Below are positions 1 through 9,843 of a stretch of 64,000 nucleotides of DNA, piece by piece. The notes under the pieces were generated by a model, which was given only the letters and a program-made list of their open reading frames with translations, ran no database searches and was not told the origin of the DNA. Each line of letters starts with the position of its first letter. Positions within the stretch are counted from its first letter, which is position 1. This DNA is from Gemmatimonadaceae bacterium (GTDB lineage Bacteria > Gemmatimonadota > Gemmatimonadetes > Gemmatimonadales > Gemmatimonadaceae): contig JANRJP010000102.1 of NCBI GenBank assembly GCA_033763905.1, forward strand, positions 24,863 through 88,862, written 5' to 3'. A program made the translations under genes and the position numbers.

Positions 1-225
1 GATCGCGTGCACCGAGTTGAGATGATTGCGCACGCTCCAGCGCTCGGCGAGTTCCACTCGGCAGAATCCCGGGCGCAACTCACGCACCTGCCCGCCGACC
101 GTTCGGGTGTACGGCGCCGTCCAGCCGACGAAGCGCGAGAACAACCAGCGGCCGAGGGGCAGGGGAGACAGCGTCCGCCACGCCGCCTGCACCCGTGCCC
201 CCGGGGCCGCCAAGGCGCGCGCCAT
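1..225 (-). CDS. hotdog-fold thioesterase-like protein (DUF4442/PaaI-like), first 75 codons only; runs off left edge
   Basis: Not in the ORF track because it is open at the window edge. Hand translation of the minus strand from ATG at 225-223 gives MARALAAPGARVQAAWRTLSPLPLGRWLFSRFVGWTAPYTRTVGGQVRELRPGFCRVELAERWSVRNHLNSVHAI. The APYT..G..V.EL.PG...RNHL.SVHA pattern is what I recall for DUF4442 hotdog proteins. Its ATG shares nt 225 with the TGA of the upstream gene (TGATG junction). Confidence 0.45.
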   Translation of the reverse strand, partial: MARALAAPGARVQAAWRTLSPLPLGRWLFSRFVGWTAPYTRTVGGQVRELRPGFCRVELAERWSVRNHLNSVHAI

Positions 226-599
226 CAGCCCTGCACCGGAGTCGGCGCCGACTTTCGTAGCCGCGCGCCCAACTCCTCACCGAGGGCGGCACACGACCAC
301 CCGAGTCCAAACGCAAAGAGCACGACCAGCAGCAGGAACAGCGGCCCGGGCAGGCTGAACAACTGGCCGACCTTCGTGGCCACATCGCCAATGGCAATGC
401 CCGACACCGTCTGGAGCGCGAGCAGCGACAACCACGCCGATCCGGCGCAGATGCCGATGAGCGCGGCCTGACGCACGCCACGCGGCGTGGCGAAGCCCGC
501 CGCGAACGACACCACCGGCACCGCCCACCACCCGCCGAAGACCGTCGCCAGCGCGACGACGGTGATGATCGTCAACACCCCTCGAAGCTGTCGGCCCAT
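225..599 (-). CDS. small integral membrane protein (about 4 TM segments), function unknown
   Basis: ORF track 225..713 (-). I prefer the internal ATG at 599-597 (MGRQLRGVLTIITVVALATVFGGWWAVPVV...), which shares nt 599 with the acylase stop codon (TGATG). The sequence is hydrophobic throughout. Confidence 0.5.
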   Translation of the reverse strand: MGRQLRGVLTIITVVALATVFGGWWAVPVVSFAAGFATPRGVRQAALIGICAGSAWLSLLALQTVSGIAIGDVATKVGQLFSLPGPLFLLLVVLFAFGLGWSCAALGEELGARLRKSAPTPVQG

Positions 600-3109
600 C
601 AGCGGGATCCTCCGGCAATGCCCTTGAGCGTGAGTGTCGATCGAATGCGGTCCGCCGGCAACGCGGTCGGTGTGCGCGGCATCAACACCGGCTGCAACTG
701 ACCACTGGCCCACGTCTGCAGGCGATCGAGATACCGAGAACTGAACGGATTGCCCGACTGGCCGCCGGGGTAGATCGCCTGCACCGCGACGCTATCGCCC
801 AGTTCAGCGACCATCCGCCAACTGGCGCCATTGCTGAGGCCATTGCGGGGCGCGAGGGTGTGCGGGCCGCTCGTCACGGCCACCTTGGGGCTCGCGAATG
901 GCGCCAAACGCAACAGGTGCGGGACCTGTTGCGGGTACGCCGAGCCCCACGCCCAGCGCGGATCGTCGGGGCCGCCAAACTTCTTGGTGGCGGAATCCCA
1001 CGCGGCGGCCGCGACCTGCACCAGCACCTCGTTGCGCGACTCGCGGGCGGGCGTGGACCCAATGTCCCACCACGTGCTCGTCGGCGCATCCATCAGCTGC
1101 GCCAGCTGCGTCTGCCCGGGCACTTCGAGCGCGGCCTTGGGCGACGTCGTGTCGCTGCTGATGAATTCATCCCACGCGGTACGGCCAAGGCCGGCCATCA
1201 GCTGCTCGAACAGCGTCGCGCCCTTGGAGTCGATCGTGTACCGGCGGTCCCAACTCCGCAGCAGTCGCCGCGATTTCTCGGCGCCAGCAGGCAGCGGGCC
1301 CGCTGCGGCCACGGTGTCGAGCGCCGCAAGAATGCGCGGTACGAACCATTCCGCCCGCTCACTGCCGGGGTCCGTCTGGTACTTCCGCATCGCGTCTGGC
1401 GTCACCGCCGAGTCTGCGCGCAGCAAGCGGTTGATGCGCATCGCGCGCCAGGGCGGCGCCCAACCCGTGCCCATATACCGGGGCTCGACCTTGGGGTCCA
1501 TCGGCTGCTGATTCGCCGACGCCAGATACCCCTGCGCCGGATTCTTCGACTGCGGATACTCCGACGTCGACCAGTACCCCAGCCAGTCGCTCTTCGTCGT
1601 CGTGCCGTCGAAGATCAGTCGGCCGTCGCCGTTGCCGGGGCGAATCGGATACTTGCCGGTCGAGCGAATCGCGATGTTCCCGCTGCGATCCGCCGAGAGC
1701 ATATTCTGCGCCGGCACGCCGTAGGGATTCATTGCGGCCCAATACTCGTCGACGTTCTTGACGCGATTCGTTGCCTCGAACGTCTGCACCGACGCCGCGC
1801 CGAACTCGGTCTCGTGCGCGGTCCAGCGGAAGCTCACCCAGCGCCCGCGCACCCGCGTCATCGGGCCGCGATGCGTATGCGGAATGGTGTCGACCTGCAG
1901 CACCGTCCCCTGCTTGTCACGGAAGGTCTCGATGCGAATCTCGAGCGGCTTCCACGCGCCATCGAGCCAGTACTTCGTTGGTGCGGCCGCGACATCCACC
2001 GACTCGGCGTAGAAGTCCACGACGTCCGCGCCGGTGTTGGTGTACGTCCACGCGGCATCGCGATTGAAGCCGATGATCACGCCGGGCGTACCGGCAAAGG
2101 TCACGCCGGCCACGTCGAGGGTGTCGGGCACCACGAGATGCACTTCGTACCACACCGACGGCAGCGAGAGGTCCAGATGCGGATCGCCAGCCAACAGCGC
2201 CTTGCCGCTCGCGGACCGCGAGGGCGCGACAGCCCAATTGTTCGAACCGAGGCCGCTTTCGTCGCCCCGCTCCGTGAGCGTGCCGGGGAAGCGCGGGCCG
2301 ATCGCAGCGGCGGCCAGGGACGCCAAGCGCGCCGCCGACGTATCGCCCGGTCCGGGCTCGGGGATCACGGTCGGATCGCGCCGTGCCTCGCGCTGGCCAT
2401 TCGGCTGAATCGGTTCCTGCAGGAAGGTCGCGCGCGGGAAGGCCCACGCCGCCACGTCGCGGCCGTAGACCGCCGCCGTCGACAGGAAGCCGACGTCGTC
2501 GTTGTCCCAGGCGAGGGTCTGCTGCATCCGGCTCAGCAGATAGAACGTGTGCACCGGTTCCCAGCGCATCGGACGCCGGCCGAGCAGGTGGTACTCGACC
2601 GGCACATCCGACGGGCGCATTTGCCCGATGAACGCGTTGACGCCGTCCGCGTACGCCTGCAGCGCCACGCGCACCGGCGAGTCCGCGGGCAGGGCGGCCC
2701 ACTTGCGTTCGGCCGACCACGCGAGCCCCAAGCGACGGGCCTCGCGGTCGAGCGGCAGCGCCGCTGCGTTGAGTTCGCTCAGGGTGCCAGCCACCGCGCG
2801 GGTCTGCACCTCAAGCTCGAACAGGCGATCACGCGCCACGACGTACCCGAGCGCGCGGTACGCGTCGAGCACCGAGGGCGCGAAGATGTGCGGGACGCCG
2901 CGGTCGTCGTACTGTACGGTGACGTCGGCGCCAAGCGAGGGCACGTAGCCGCGTGATGCCGGCGGAAGTTCGGCGCCTCGGGCGGCCGACCACACGCCAC
3001 GCCAAGGATCGAGCAGTCCGCCTAGCGGCGGGGCAGGGCCAGCGCCCTTGGCCCCGACAAACAGCAACGCGGCGGCCACGAGGGCCGCCGCGATGAGCCG
3101 ACTCGGCAT
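599..3109 (-). CDS. penicillin acylase family protein (Ntn hydrolase; penicillin/cephalosporin/AHL acylase type), secreted
   Basis: 836-aa ORF with N-terminal signal peptide MPSRLIAAALVAAALLFVGAKG. It has the autoprocessing/nucleophile context ESGLGSNNWAVAPSRS followed by LLAGDPHL, which is typical of the family. Confidence 0.9.
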   Translation of the reverse strand: MPSRLIAAALVAAALLFVGAKGAGPAPPLGGLLDPWRGVWSAARGAELPPASRGYVPSLGADVTVQYDDRGVPHIFAPSVLDAYRALGYVVARDRLFELEVQTRAVAGTLSELNAAALPLDREARRLGLAWSAERKWAALPADSPVRVALQAYADGVNAFIGQMRPSDVPVEYHLLGRRPMRWEPVHTFYLLSRMQQTLAWDNDDVGFLSTAAVYGRDVAAWAFPRATFLQEPIQPNGQREARRDPTVIPEPGPGDTSAARLASLAAAAIGPRFPGTLTERGDESGLGSNNWAVAPSRSASGKALLAGDPHLDLSLPSVWYEVHLVVPDTLDVAGVTFAGTPGVIIGFNRDAAWTYTNTGADVVDFYAESVDVAAAPTKYWLDGAWKPLEIRIETFRDKQGTVLQVDTIPHTHRGPMTRVRGRWVSFRWTAHETEFGAASVQTFEATNRVKNVDEYWAAMNPYGVPAQNMLSADRSGNIAIRSTGKYPIRPGNGDGRLIFDGTTTKSDWLGYWSTSEYPQSKNPAQGYLASANQQPMDPKVEPRYMGTGWAPPWRAMRINRLLRADSAVTPDAMRKYQTDPGSERAEWFVPRILAALDTVAAAGPLPAGAEKSRRLLRSWDRRYTIDSKGATLFEQLMAGLGRTAWDEFISSDTTSPKAALEVPGQTQLAQLMDAPTSTWWDIGSTPARESRNEVLVQVAAAAWDSATKKFGGPDDPRWAWGSAYPQQVPHLLRLAPFASPKVAVTSGPHTLAPRNGLSNGASWRMVAELGDSVAVQAIYPGGQSGNPFSSRYLDRLQTWASGQLQPVLMPRTPTALPADRIRSTLTLKGIAGGSR

Positions 3110-3900
3110 CAGTTGTCTCCGTCGAGCAGTCCGCCGAGCCCGCCGAGGATCGAGCCTTCCTCGCGTCGGCCACCCATCCCGATGCGCGAGGCCGAAATGA
3201 TGCGGTCCGCGAGTCGCGAGAACGGCAGGGTCTGCAGGATCACGCGGCCGGGGCCGGTGAGGTGCGCAAAGAAGAGGCCTTCACCGCCGAACAGCGCGGT
3301 CTTGATGCCCGGCACCATCCGAATGTCGTACTCGACGCTGGGCTGCATCGCCACGATGCAGCCGGTGTCGACGCGCAATGTCTGGCCCGGCTGCAGATCG
3401 ACGTGGTGCAAGGTGCCCGACGCGTGCAGGAAGGCGAGGCCGTCGCCCGAGATGCGCTGCAGGATGAACCCTTCACCGCCGAAGAAGCCGGCGCCGATGC
3501 GCTTGGTGAAGGCGATCGCGACATCGAGGCCGCGCGCGCCGCACAGGAAGGAGTCCTTCTGCGCGATGATCGTCCCGCCCCATTCCTTGAGATCGACCGG
3601 CAGGATCTTGCCCGGATACGGGGCCGAGAAGGCCACGTCGCGCCGCGCACGCCCTTCGTTGGCGAACATCGTGATGAAGAACGAGTCGCCCGACAGCATG
3701 CGCTTGCCGCCCTGCAGCAGCTTGCCCCAGAGCGAGCTCTCCTTGCCCGACGCATCAAGGGTCGTGGCCATCTTGATGTCGTCTTCCATATACATCATCG
3801 CGCCGGCCTCGGCGACGGCGGCCTCGCCGGGATCGAGCGTGATGATGACGGCCTGCATATCGTCGCCGATCAGGCGGTAGTCAATGACGTCGGCTGGCAT
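3109..3900 (-). CDS. AIM24 / TIGR00266 (DUF124) family protein
   Basis: ORF 3109..3972 (-). The likely start is the internal ATG at 3900 (MPADVIDYRLIGDDMQAVIITLDPGEAAVAEAGAMMYMEDDIKM...). It contains GGEGFILQRISGDG and LFGGEGLFFAHLTGPGRVILQTLPF, characteristic of the AIM24 family. Its stop shares nt 3109 with the acylase ATG. Confidence 0.8.
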   Translation of the reverse strand: MPADVIDYRLIGDDMQAVIITLDPGEAAVAEAGAMMYMEDDIKMATTLDASGKESSLWGKLLQGGKRMLSGDSFFITMFANEGRARRDVAFSAPYPGKILPVDLKEWGGTIIAQKDSFLCGARGLDVAIAFTKRIGAGFFGGEGFILQRISGDGLAFLHASGTLHHVDLQPGQTLRVDTGCIVAMQPSVEYDIRMVPGIKTALFGGEGLFFAHLTGPGRVILQTLPFSRLADRIISASRIGMGGRREEGSILGGLGGLLDGDN

Positions 3901-4178
3901 TGGAGGTATGTGCGTCAGGTCACAGTCAGGGGGCGGCGCGAAGCGGCCGGTTGCCGCAGGAGAGCGGCGCACCCTTGCAATATGGGCGGGGCGTTGCGGC
4001 GGAGGCGAGGGGCGGTGTCCCCAAACGGAGCCAGCGAATCGTCACCTGCCGGCGACGAAACCGTTGCGGTCGTTCCCATCGTACGGGCGGTGACCCACTA
4101 TTCAGGGGTCGCTCGGTCGTGGCCCGACTTGTGCGGAGTACCGACGCCGTGACCCCCTTTATCGTCCGAGGCTTTCAA

Positions 4179-4814
4179 ATGTCACTCGCTGGCCGTCTTT
4201 CGTTGCCCCGCGCGGGGCGCCTCGCGCTACTGGCCATCGTGGCCGCGTCCGCCGCGGCGTGCGCTCCCGCCAAGCGCGTCTCGCGCATCGATCCCAACGC
4301 CGTGACCGACCTGTCCGGGAAGTGGAACGACGCCGACTCGCGGCTCGTCGCCAACGCGCTGATCGAGCAGAGTCTCACCGGTGCCTGGCAGAAGCGCTTC
4401 ACGGCCTCCCACGGCGGGAAGAATCCGACGGTGATGATCGGCAGCTTCCGCAACAAGTCGATGGAGCTGATTCCGATCCAGACCTTCACCCGTGACCTGG
4501 AGCGCGCCTTCATCAACTCGGCGCAGGTCAGCGTCGTCGCGTCGAAGGAAGAGCGCGAAGAGATTCGCGCCGAGCGCGCGGATCAGCAGAACAACGCGGC
4601 CGCGGACACGCGTGCGCGGCAGGCGATGGAAGCCGGCGCCAACTATATGCTGCAGGGCGACGTGCAGAGCATCGAGGATAGCGAAGGGCGTGAGAAGATC
4701 ATCTACTACCAGATCGATGCCACGCTGATCGATCTCGAATCCGGCCAGAAGGTCTGGGTCGGGCAGCACCGGATCAAGAAGTACATCGAACGTCGTCGAC
4801 TCGGGATGGAGTGA
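4179..4814 (+). CDS. LpoB-like (COG3417-type) outer-membrane lipoprotein
   Basis: In-frame ATG at 4179 within ORF 3900..4814. Lipobox LLAIVAASAAAC. The pattern DLSGKWNDADSRLVANALIEQSL...PTVMIGSFRNKS...GANYMLQGDVQSI...IIYYQIDATLIDLESGQKVW matches proteins annotated as penicillin-binding protein activator LpoB, from memory. Confidence 0.7.
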   Translation: MSLAGRLSLPRAGRLALLAIVAASAAACAPAKRVSRIDPNAVTDLSGKWNDADSRLVANALIEQSLTGAWQKRFTASHGGKNPTVMIGSFRNKSMELIPIQTFTRDLERAFINSAQVSVVASKEEREEIRAERADQQNNAAADTRARQAMEAGANYMLQGDVQSIEDSEGREKIIYYQIDATLIDLESGQKVWVGQHRIKKYIERRRLGME

Positions 4815-4821
4815 CCTGACT

Positions 4822-5676
4822 ATGCGTACCGCAACTCGATTCCTCGTATTGGTGCCGGCCGTCGCGCTGCTGACGGGCTGCGTGGCCAACCGCGTGCGTG
4901 AAGCGCCGATCCTCGTAAACGGCGAGCGGGTGAAGAACACGGATTCGCTCGTCGCGGCGGTTGGCGCGCGCGGCGACGTCGATCGCGCCCGGCTCGAAGC
5001 GCGGCGCGACTCGCTCAACCAGGTGGCGATGTCGACCTGCAACGGTGCGGTCTGCGCGGCGCTGGCGCGGGGCGAGGTCGTGCTCGGAATGAACACGGCC
5101 CAGGTGATGGTGGCGACGAAGACCACCCCCGAAGCGTGGAGCCTGCGTGCTGCGGGCCCGGCGACGATTATGACGCCGCGGACCTTGGCGCGGGCCCCGC
5201 GCGACGGCACCGGCGAGCTCGCGATGGTCCAGCTGCAGAACGGCGGCGTGAGCACCTACGCCTACCGCGAACGGCAGGGGCTGCGCGTCGTGGCGGTGGC
5301 CGAAGACACCACGACCGCCGCGCGCAACCGCGTGCTTGGGGATCGCCTCGAGCGCGAAGGGGACGATTTCCTGTCGGCGGGCGACCGCGCGCAGGCGCTC
5401 GACCGCTTCGATCGCGCGCTGCTGCTCAAGCCGTCGGATCCTGGGCTCGAGTACAAGGTCGCGGCGTTGCTCGACTTGCAGTTGCGGCCGGTCGAAGCGC
5501 TGATGCGGTACCAGCGATTCCTGCAGCAGCTGGAACTCGAACGGATTGACGCCCGCGGCGAGGCGAATGCCAAGCTCACCGAGGCGGTCGTCCGGGCGCA
5601 GCAGCGGATCATCGTGCTGCGTCGCGAAACCGAGGGGGCGGCGCCCGAGCCGCCCGCCGAGGACATCCGGGACTGA
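4822..5676 (+). CDS. lipoprotein with C-terminal TPR-like helices, function unknown
   Basis: 284-aa ORF with lipobox VALLTGC. It lies 7 nt after the LpoB-like gene. C-terminal FLSAGDRAQALDRFDRALLLKPSDPGLEYKVAALL looks TPR-like. Confidence 0.65.
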   Translation: MRTATRFLVLVPAVALLTGCVANRVREAPILVNGERVKNTDSLVAAVGARGDVDRARLEARRDSLNQVAMSTCNGAVCAALARGEVVLGMNTAQVMVATKTTPEAWSLRAAGPATIMTPRTLARAPRDGTGELAMVQLQNGGVSTYAYRERQGLRVVAVAEDTTTAARNRVLGDRLEREGDDFLSAGDRAQALDRFDRALLLKPSDPGLEYKVAALLDLQLRPVEALMRYQRFLQQLELERIDARGEANAKLTEAVVRAQQRIIVLRRETEGAAPEPPAEDIRD

Positions 5677-5680
5677 TCTG

Positions 5681-7207
5681 ATGAACGTGCGCCGTTCCCT
5701 CACGGCGCTGGTGGCGGCAGGGTCGCTGATGACGCTGGCAGGGTGCGGCGTCATCGGCGCCACCGCGTCGTCCTACGCCGTCACGCCGCAGGGCCTCGAA
5801 GTCCGCGAGCAGGAGCTGCGTTCGATGCTCCCGTATGCGGGCCGCGACTCTGCGGCGCGGGTGGTGCCGCCCGATCTGGCGCCGCGTGACGCGTTGCTTC
5901 GCGCCCTGTATGACGGCACATGGGCGTACTACGCCGGCGAGTGGGATCGCGCCTCGGCGGGCTTCGTCGCAGCCGCCGATCTGGCGGAGGACCGCTACAC
6001 CAAGAGCATCACGCAGAATGCGGCCGCGCTGCTCACGAATGATCGGGCACTCTCGTACACGCCGGGGCATACCGAGCGCCTGCTGACGCACTACTACGGC
6101 GCCTTGGCGTTCATCGGGAAGGGCGACACCGAAAGCGCGGCGGTCGAAGCCCGTCGCCTCGGGGCGATGCTCGAGAAGCTCGCCCCGGAGAGCTCGGATC
6201 GCGACCGGTCCCTGCGCGCGGTGTTGCGGCTGGTGTCCGGCGCGGTCTTCGAAGCGGCGGGTGAGGCGAACGATGCCGATGTCTCCTACCGGAATGCGCG
6301 CGCCCTGCTCGGGGCCGACTCGCTGCAACTGCCGGGGCGGACGGCGATTCCCGCCGACTCGGGCGACGTGCTCGTGCTGGTCGAGACCGGCTGGGTGGCC
6401 CACAAGGTCGCGCAGGAACTCGTGATCCCGGTCTACGGCAGCGAAGCCAGAGCCTTCAGTGATTCGGGAAACGCCGCGGCGAGACTCGGCGTGGCCGCCA
6501 CACTGGCGGGGCGCACCGTGCTCTTGATGGCCGCGCGCCCCGATCAGGGGATCTGGTGGGTCGACGGCCAGCCGATGGTCGTGAACTCATGGGGCGGCGT
6601 CGGCGTCGCGCGGCCGCTCGATAAGGACGGCTATATGCTCAAGCTGTCCTGGCCGGTGATGCGCCGCTCGTCTGCCGCCCGGAGCGCGCTCACGGCGGTC
6701 GCGTCGTCGCCCTCCCCGGGGATGCTTGGCGGGCTGCTCGGGAGCACGACCAGCGGCGTGGTCGCCGATCTCAATGACGCGGCCGCCGCCGATCTGTCTC
6801 GTGATCGCAACGCGATCCTGACCCGCACGATCGTGCGACAGGCGGTGAAGTTCGCGGCGGTGCAGGCGGGCGAGGCCAAGGCCACGAAGAAGTGGGGCGA
6901 TCTCACCGGCAGTATTGTCGGTGGGTTGCTCAACGCGGCCGGCGCCGCACTGGAACGCGCCGACACGCGGGGCTGGTGGTTGCTGCCCGCGGGGATCAGC
7001 GCGGTGCGGGTGCGTCTTCCGGTGGGAGAGCAGCCGATCGCGGCCGCCGTTGGTATCGGCGGCCGCGATCTCGGGAGTGTGACCGTGCGTCCGGGGCGGC
7101 TGACGGTCGTCAGCCGCCGGATCTGGAGCGGCCAAGCGGCCGCGCTGCCGACGCCGGCTACGCTGCCCGCTGGCCCGAGCGCCGAGACCGCGTTGCGCGA
7201 TCGCTGA
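5681..7207 (+). CDS. large lipoprotein, function unknown
   Basis: In-frame ATG at 5681 within ORF 5546..7207 ([26 protein letters not shown], lipobox LAGC). It lies 4 nt after the previous stop, 508 aa. Confidence 0.65.
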   Translation: MNVRRSLTALVAAGSLMTLAGCGVIGATASSYAVTPQGLEVREQELRSMLPYAGRDSAARVVPPDLAPRDALLRALYDGTWAYYAGEWDRASAGFVAAADLAEDRYTKSITQNAAALLTNDRALSYTPGHTERLLTHYYGALAFIGKGDTESAAVEARRLGAMLEKLAPESSDRDRSLRAVLRLVSGAVFEAAGEANDADVSYRNARALLGADSLQLPGRTAIPADSGDVLVLVETGWVAHKVAQELVIPVYGSEARAFSDSGNAAARLGVAATLAGRTVLLMAARPDQGIWWVDGQPMVVNSWGGVGVARPLDKDGYMLKLSWPVMRRSSAARSALTAVASSPSPGMLGGLLGSTTSGVVADLNDAAAADLSRDRNAILTRTIVRQAVKFAAVQAGEAKATKKWGDLTGSIVGGLLNAAGAALERADTRGWWLLPAGISAVRVRLPVGEQPIAAAVGIGGRDLGSVTVRPGRLTVVSRRIWSGQAAALPTPATLPAGPSAETALRDR

Positions 7208-9206
7208 GCTGGAAGGCGGCCGTGCGCTCCTGCAGGACGGACGACTGCTTCCGGAGCGCTTCGGCACCAGCCGACGTCTCCTCTGCCGTGGCGGCGCCCT
7301 GCGTCGTCAGGTCGCTGATCGTCTCGAGCGCCGAGACCACCTGCGCGACACTGGTCGTCTGCTGTTCGGCCGCGTCGGCGACGCGGTGGATGACGTCGGT
7401 GAGTTCGGCGATGCGCGAATCCACAGTAATGATCCCGGAAACCGCGTCCTCGCCGAGGGCGCTGCCTTGCTCCACGGCGCCCAAGCTCTCCTCGATCAAC
7501 TGCGCGGTTTGACGCGCGGCTTCGCCGCTTCGGGTCGCTAGGGCGCGCACCTCTTCGGCCACGACGGCGAATCCTCTGCCGGCGTCACCGGCACGCGCCG
7601 CTTCCACCGCCGCGTTGAGCGCGAGGAGATTGGTCTGGAACGCGATCTCGTCGATGGTGCGCACCACGCGCGACGTGGCCTCAGCCGTTGTCCGGATGCG
7701 ATTGAGCGCGTTGGCGAGCGCTTCGAGCGACGACTTGCCGGCGCTTGATGCCTGCTGTGCGGCCTGCGTCAGCGCGCGAGCGCCCGCAGCTTCCCGCGCG
7801 ACGGCGCGGCTGGTGTCGCGCTGCACCGTCGCGTGGGCGGTGATTTCCTGCAACTGCCCTGCCTGCGTGCTGGCCGCGTCGGCGCTGAGGACGGCGCCAG
7901 AGGCGATTTCGTCGCCGGCGCGGGCGATGGTGTCGGCGGCCGTGGCCACGTCGCGCAGGGTGGCATCGAGCGCGTCGAGCGTTTCGTTCAAGGCGCGTGC
8001 GATGTCGCCCTGCTCACCGGTGTGATGCCCCTGCACGCGCACGGCCAGATTGCCCGCGGCCATTTCGGCCAACACCCCGCGGAACTCCCGGTTGGCGTCG
8101 AGCATCGGCTGGATCACGCCGTCGAGTGCCGCGTTCATCGTGCGGGCGAGCTGGAGCAGTTCGCCCTGGAAGCCGGTGGTGTCGATCCGGTGCGTCAGCT
8201 CGCCGCGCTGCATCGCTCGGGCCAGTCCTTGCACGCCTTCGACGACGCGCGCCAACTCGCGCTGCGTGGTGCTGAAGCTCTGGACGGTGTCCTGCGTCTT
8301 GCCGGTGATGGTATCGATCGCGTTGGCGAGCTGGCCGAGCTCGTCGGACCGCCCCAGGAGCAGCTTCGTCGTCTTCGGTTCCACGACCACCGAGAAGTCA
8401 CCGGCCGCCATCGCGCGGCTGGCACGCTCGAGGCCGCCGATGCAATGGACCACGAGCGACTCCGCCTTGGCCTGCATCGAGGACACGACGTGTCCCAGAT
8501 CGCGCATCAGCCGGTAGGCGGTGAACAGCGACAGCAGCAGAATGATCGCGCCGAGAATGATCGCGGTCGTCCGCGCGCGGTTGACGGCGGCGGCGGAGGT
8601 GTCGAGCTCCTCGCGCGAGACGCGGAGCTGCAGGTCGACGAGTTGTTCGAAGCGGGCCTGCGCCGGGGCAAGCTTGGCATCGAGCGCCGATTGCCGCTCG
8701 AGAATCGCCGTCGCGCTCGGAGCGCCCTTGCGGAACTCCACCGCGTCGACGAGCGCGTTCCGGGCCTCCGCGAAATCGATCTTCTGCGCATCGGCGAGCT
8801 GCTGCTCTTCCGGCGTCAGATAGGTCGCGAGATACGCCGTCCACACCGAGTCCGACATCTTGATCAGCGTGCCAACCTCGCGTTCGACCGTCGGCAGGTC
8901 AGCGAGCGGGTTGGTGACGATCGCCTCGGCTTGCGCGAGGTTGGTCTTGAGGTGCGCCAGCTGATCGAGCACCAGGACGCGGTCGGCATACACGGTGCCA
9001 AAGCGGGCCTGCGTGGCGGACATCGCCGAGAGCGCGACCACGGCAAAGGCGACGAAGACCGCAGCGACGGCTGCGAATCCCAAGCCGACCCGAGCACGAA
9101 CCGACAACCTCGACGAACCTCTCATTACGCTTTCCTCTCCAGGATCCGGAGAGCCGACACGGGTACCGCACCCGCCCGGCCTCCGATTCCTGAGTGGTTT
9201 CGTCAA
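7158..9206 (-). CDS. methyl-accepting chemotaxis protein (N-terminal TM/4-helix-bundle-type sensor, HAMP repeats, MCP signalling domain)
   Basis: 682-aa ORF with the conserved signalling hairpin [43 protein letters not shown]. An alternative start is ATG 9125 (MRGSSRLSV...). Its 3' end overlaps the convergent lipoprotein gene by 50 nt. Confidence 0.9.
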   Translation of the reverse strand: MTKPLRNRRPGGCGTRVGSPDPGEESVMRGSSRLSVRARVGLGFAAVAAVFVAFAVVALSAMSATQARFGTVYADRVLVLDQLAHLKTNLAQAEAIVTNPLADLPTVEREVGTLIKMSDSVWTAYLATYLTPEEQQLADAQKIDFAEARNALVDAVEFRKGAPSATAILERQSALDAKLAPAQARFEQLVDLQLRVSREELDTSAAAVNRARTTAIILGAIILLLSLFTAYRLMRDLGHVVSSMQAKAESLVVHCIGGLERASRAMAAGDFSVVVEPKTTKLLLGRSDELGQLANAIDTITGKTQDTVQSFSTTQRELARVVEGVQGLARAMQRGELTHRIDTTGFQGELLQLARTMNAALDGVIQPMLDANREFRGVLAEMAAGNLAVRVQGHHTGEQGDIARALNETLDALDATLRDVATAADTIARAGDEIASGAVLSADAASTQAGQLQEITAHATVQRDTSRAVAREAAGARALTQAAQQASSAGKSSLEALANALNRIRTTAEATSRVVRTIDEIAFQTNLLALNAAVEAARAGDAGRGFAVVAEEVRALATRSGEAARQTAQLIEESLGAVEQGSALGEDAVSGIITVDSRIAELTDVIHRVADAAEQQTTSVAQVVSALETISDLTTQGAATAEETSAGAEALRKQSSVLQERTAAFQLSDRATRSRRSGQRAA

Positions 9207-9244
9207 CTGTTAAAAGAACCTTTAGTCCAAACCGATGGTGAACG

Positions 9245-9760
9245 TCACGCCGGCGGCAGGACTCGCAGGAGTCCTTGGGCGAAGGCGGGCAGATCCTTGG
9301 GCACCCGCGCGCTTACGAGGTTGCCGTCCACCACGCAGGGTTCGTCCACCCAGCGGGCGCCCGCGTTCTCCACGTCGTCGCGGATCCCCACCGTGCTCGT
9401 CAGCGTCCGGCCCCGGACGATGCCGGCGGAGATCAGGATCCACGGCCCGTGGCAGATCGTGCCGACCAGCTTGCCCTGTTCGTGCACGCGTCGCACGAGC
9501 GCCAGCAGGTCCCGGTCACGCCGCAGCTTGTCTGGGGCCCACCCGCCCGGGGCAATGATGCCGACCAACGCGTCGGCGGTGTAGTCGCGCACGTGGCCAT
9601 CCATTGTGGCCGGGTACCCGTGCTTTCCGCGGTACGCGGGTTCGCCGATACCAGCCAGCGGCACGGTGAACCCGGCCTCCTCCAGCCGCAGCTTGGGATA
9701 CCACACCTCGAGGTCTTCGTACTCGGGGCCGCAGAGCATCAGGACGGTACCACGTGACAT
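9245..9760 (-). CDS. DJ-1/PfpI family protein (type 1 glutamine amidotransferase-like)
   Basis: 171-aa ORF with nucleophile elbow KLVGTICHGPWILISAG and the usual IIAPGGWAPD motif. Confidence 0.9.
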   Translation of the reverse strand: MSRGTVLMLCGPEYEDLEVWYPKLRLEEAGFTVPLAGIGEPAYRGKHGYPATMDGHVRDYTADALVGIIAPGGWAPDKLRRDRDLLALVRRVHEQGKLVGTICHGPWILISAGIVRGRTLTSTVGIRDDVENAGARWVDEPCVVDGNLVSARVPKDLPAFAQGLLRVLPPA

Positions 9761-9843
9761 GGGCGTGCGTATCGGAAAGGGGAGGGTGGACCCGTGCAGC
9801 GTCGGGGGCGTGCATCTTTACGTCCTGCGGGCCGGGATGCACA

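Noticed and set aside
7-481. Plus- and minus-strand track ORFs at the left edge (7-471, 26-358, 80-481, 277-618).
   Set aside because: They overlap the minus-strand frames that give a hotdog-fold N-terminus (1-225) and a four-TM membrane protein (225-599), both coupled by shared-nucleotide junctions. The track ORFs translate to Arg/Pro-rich junk.
9754-9843. Start of the histidine kinase at 9754, as in the ORF track.
   Set aside because: That start would overlap the 5' end of the divergent pfpI gene (starts at 9760). The ATG at 9844 leaves an 83-bp divergent promoter region. The true start remains uncertain.
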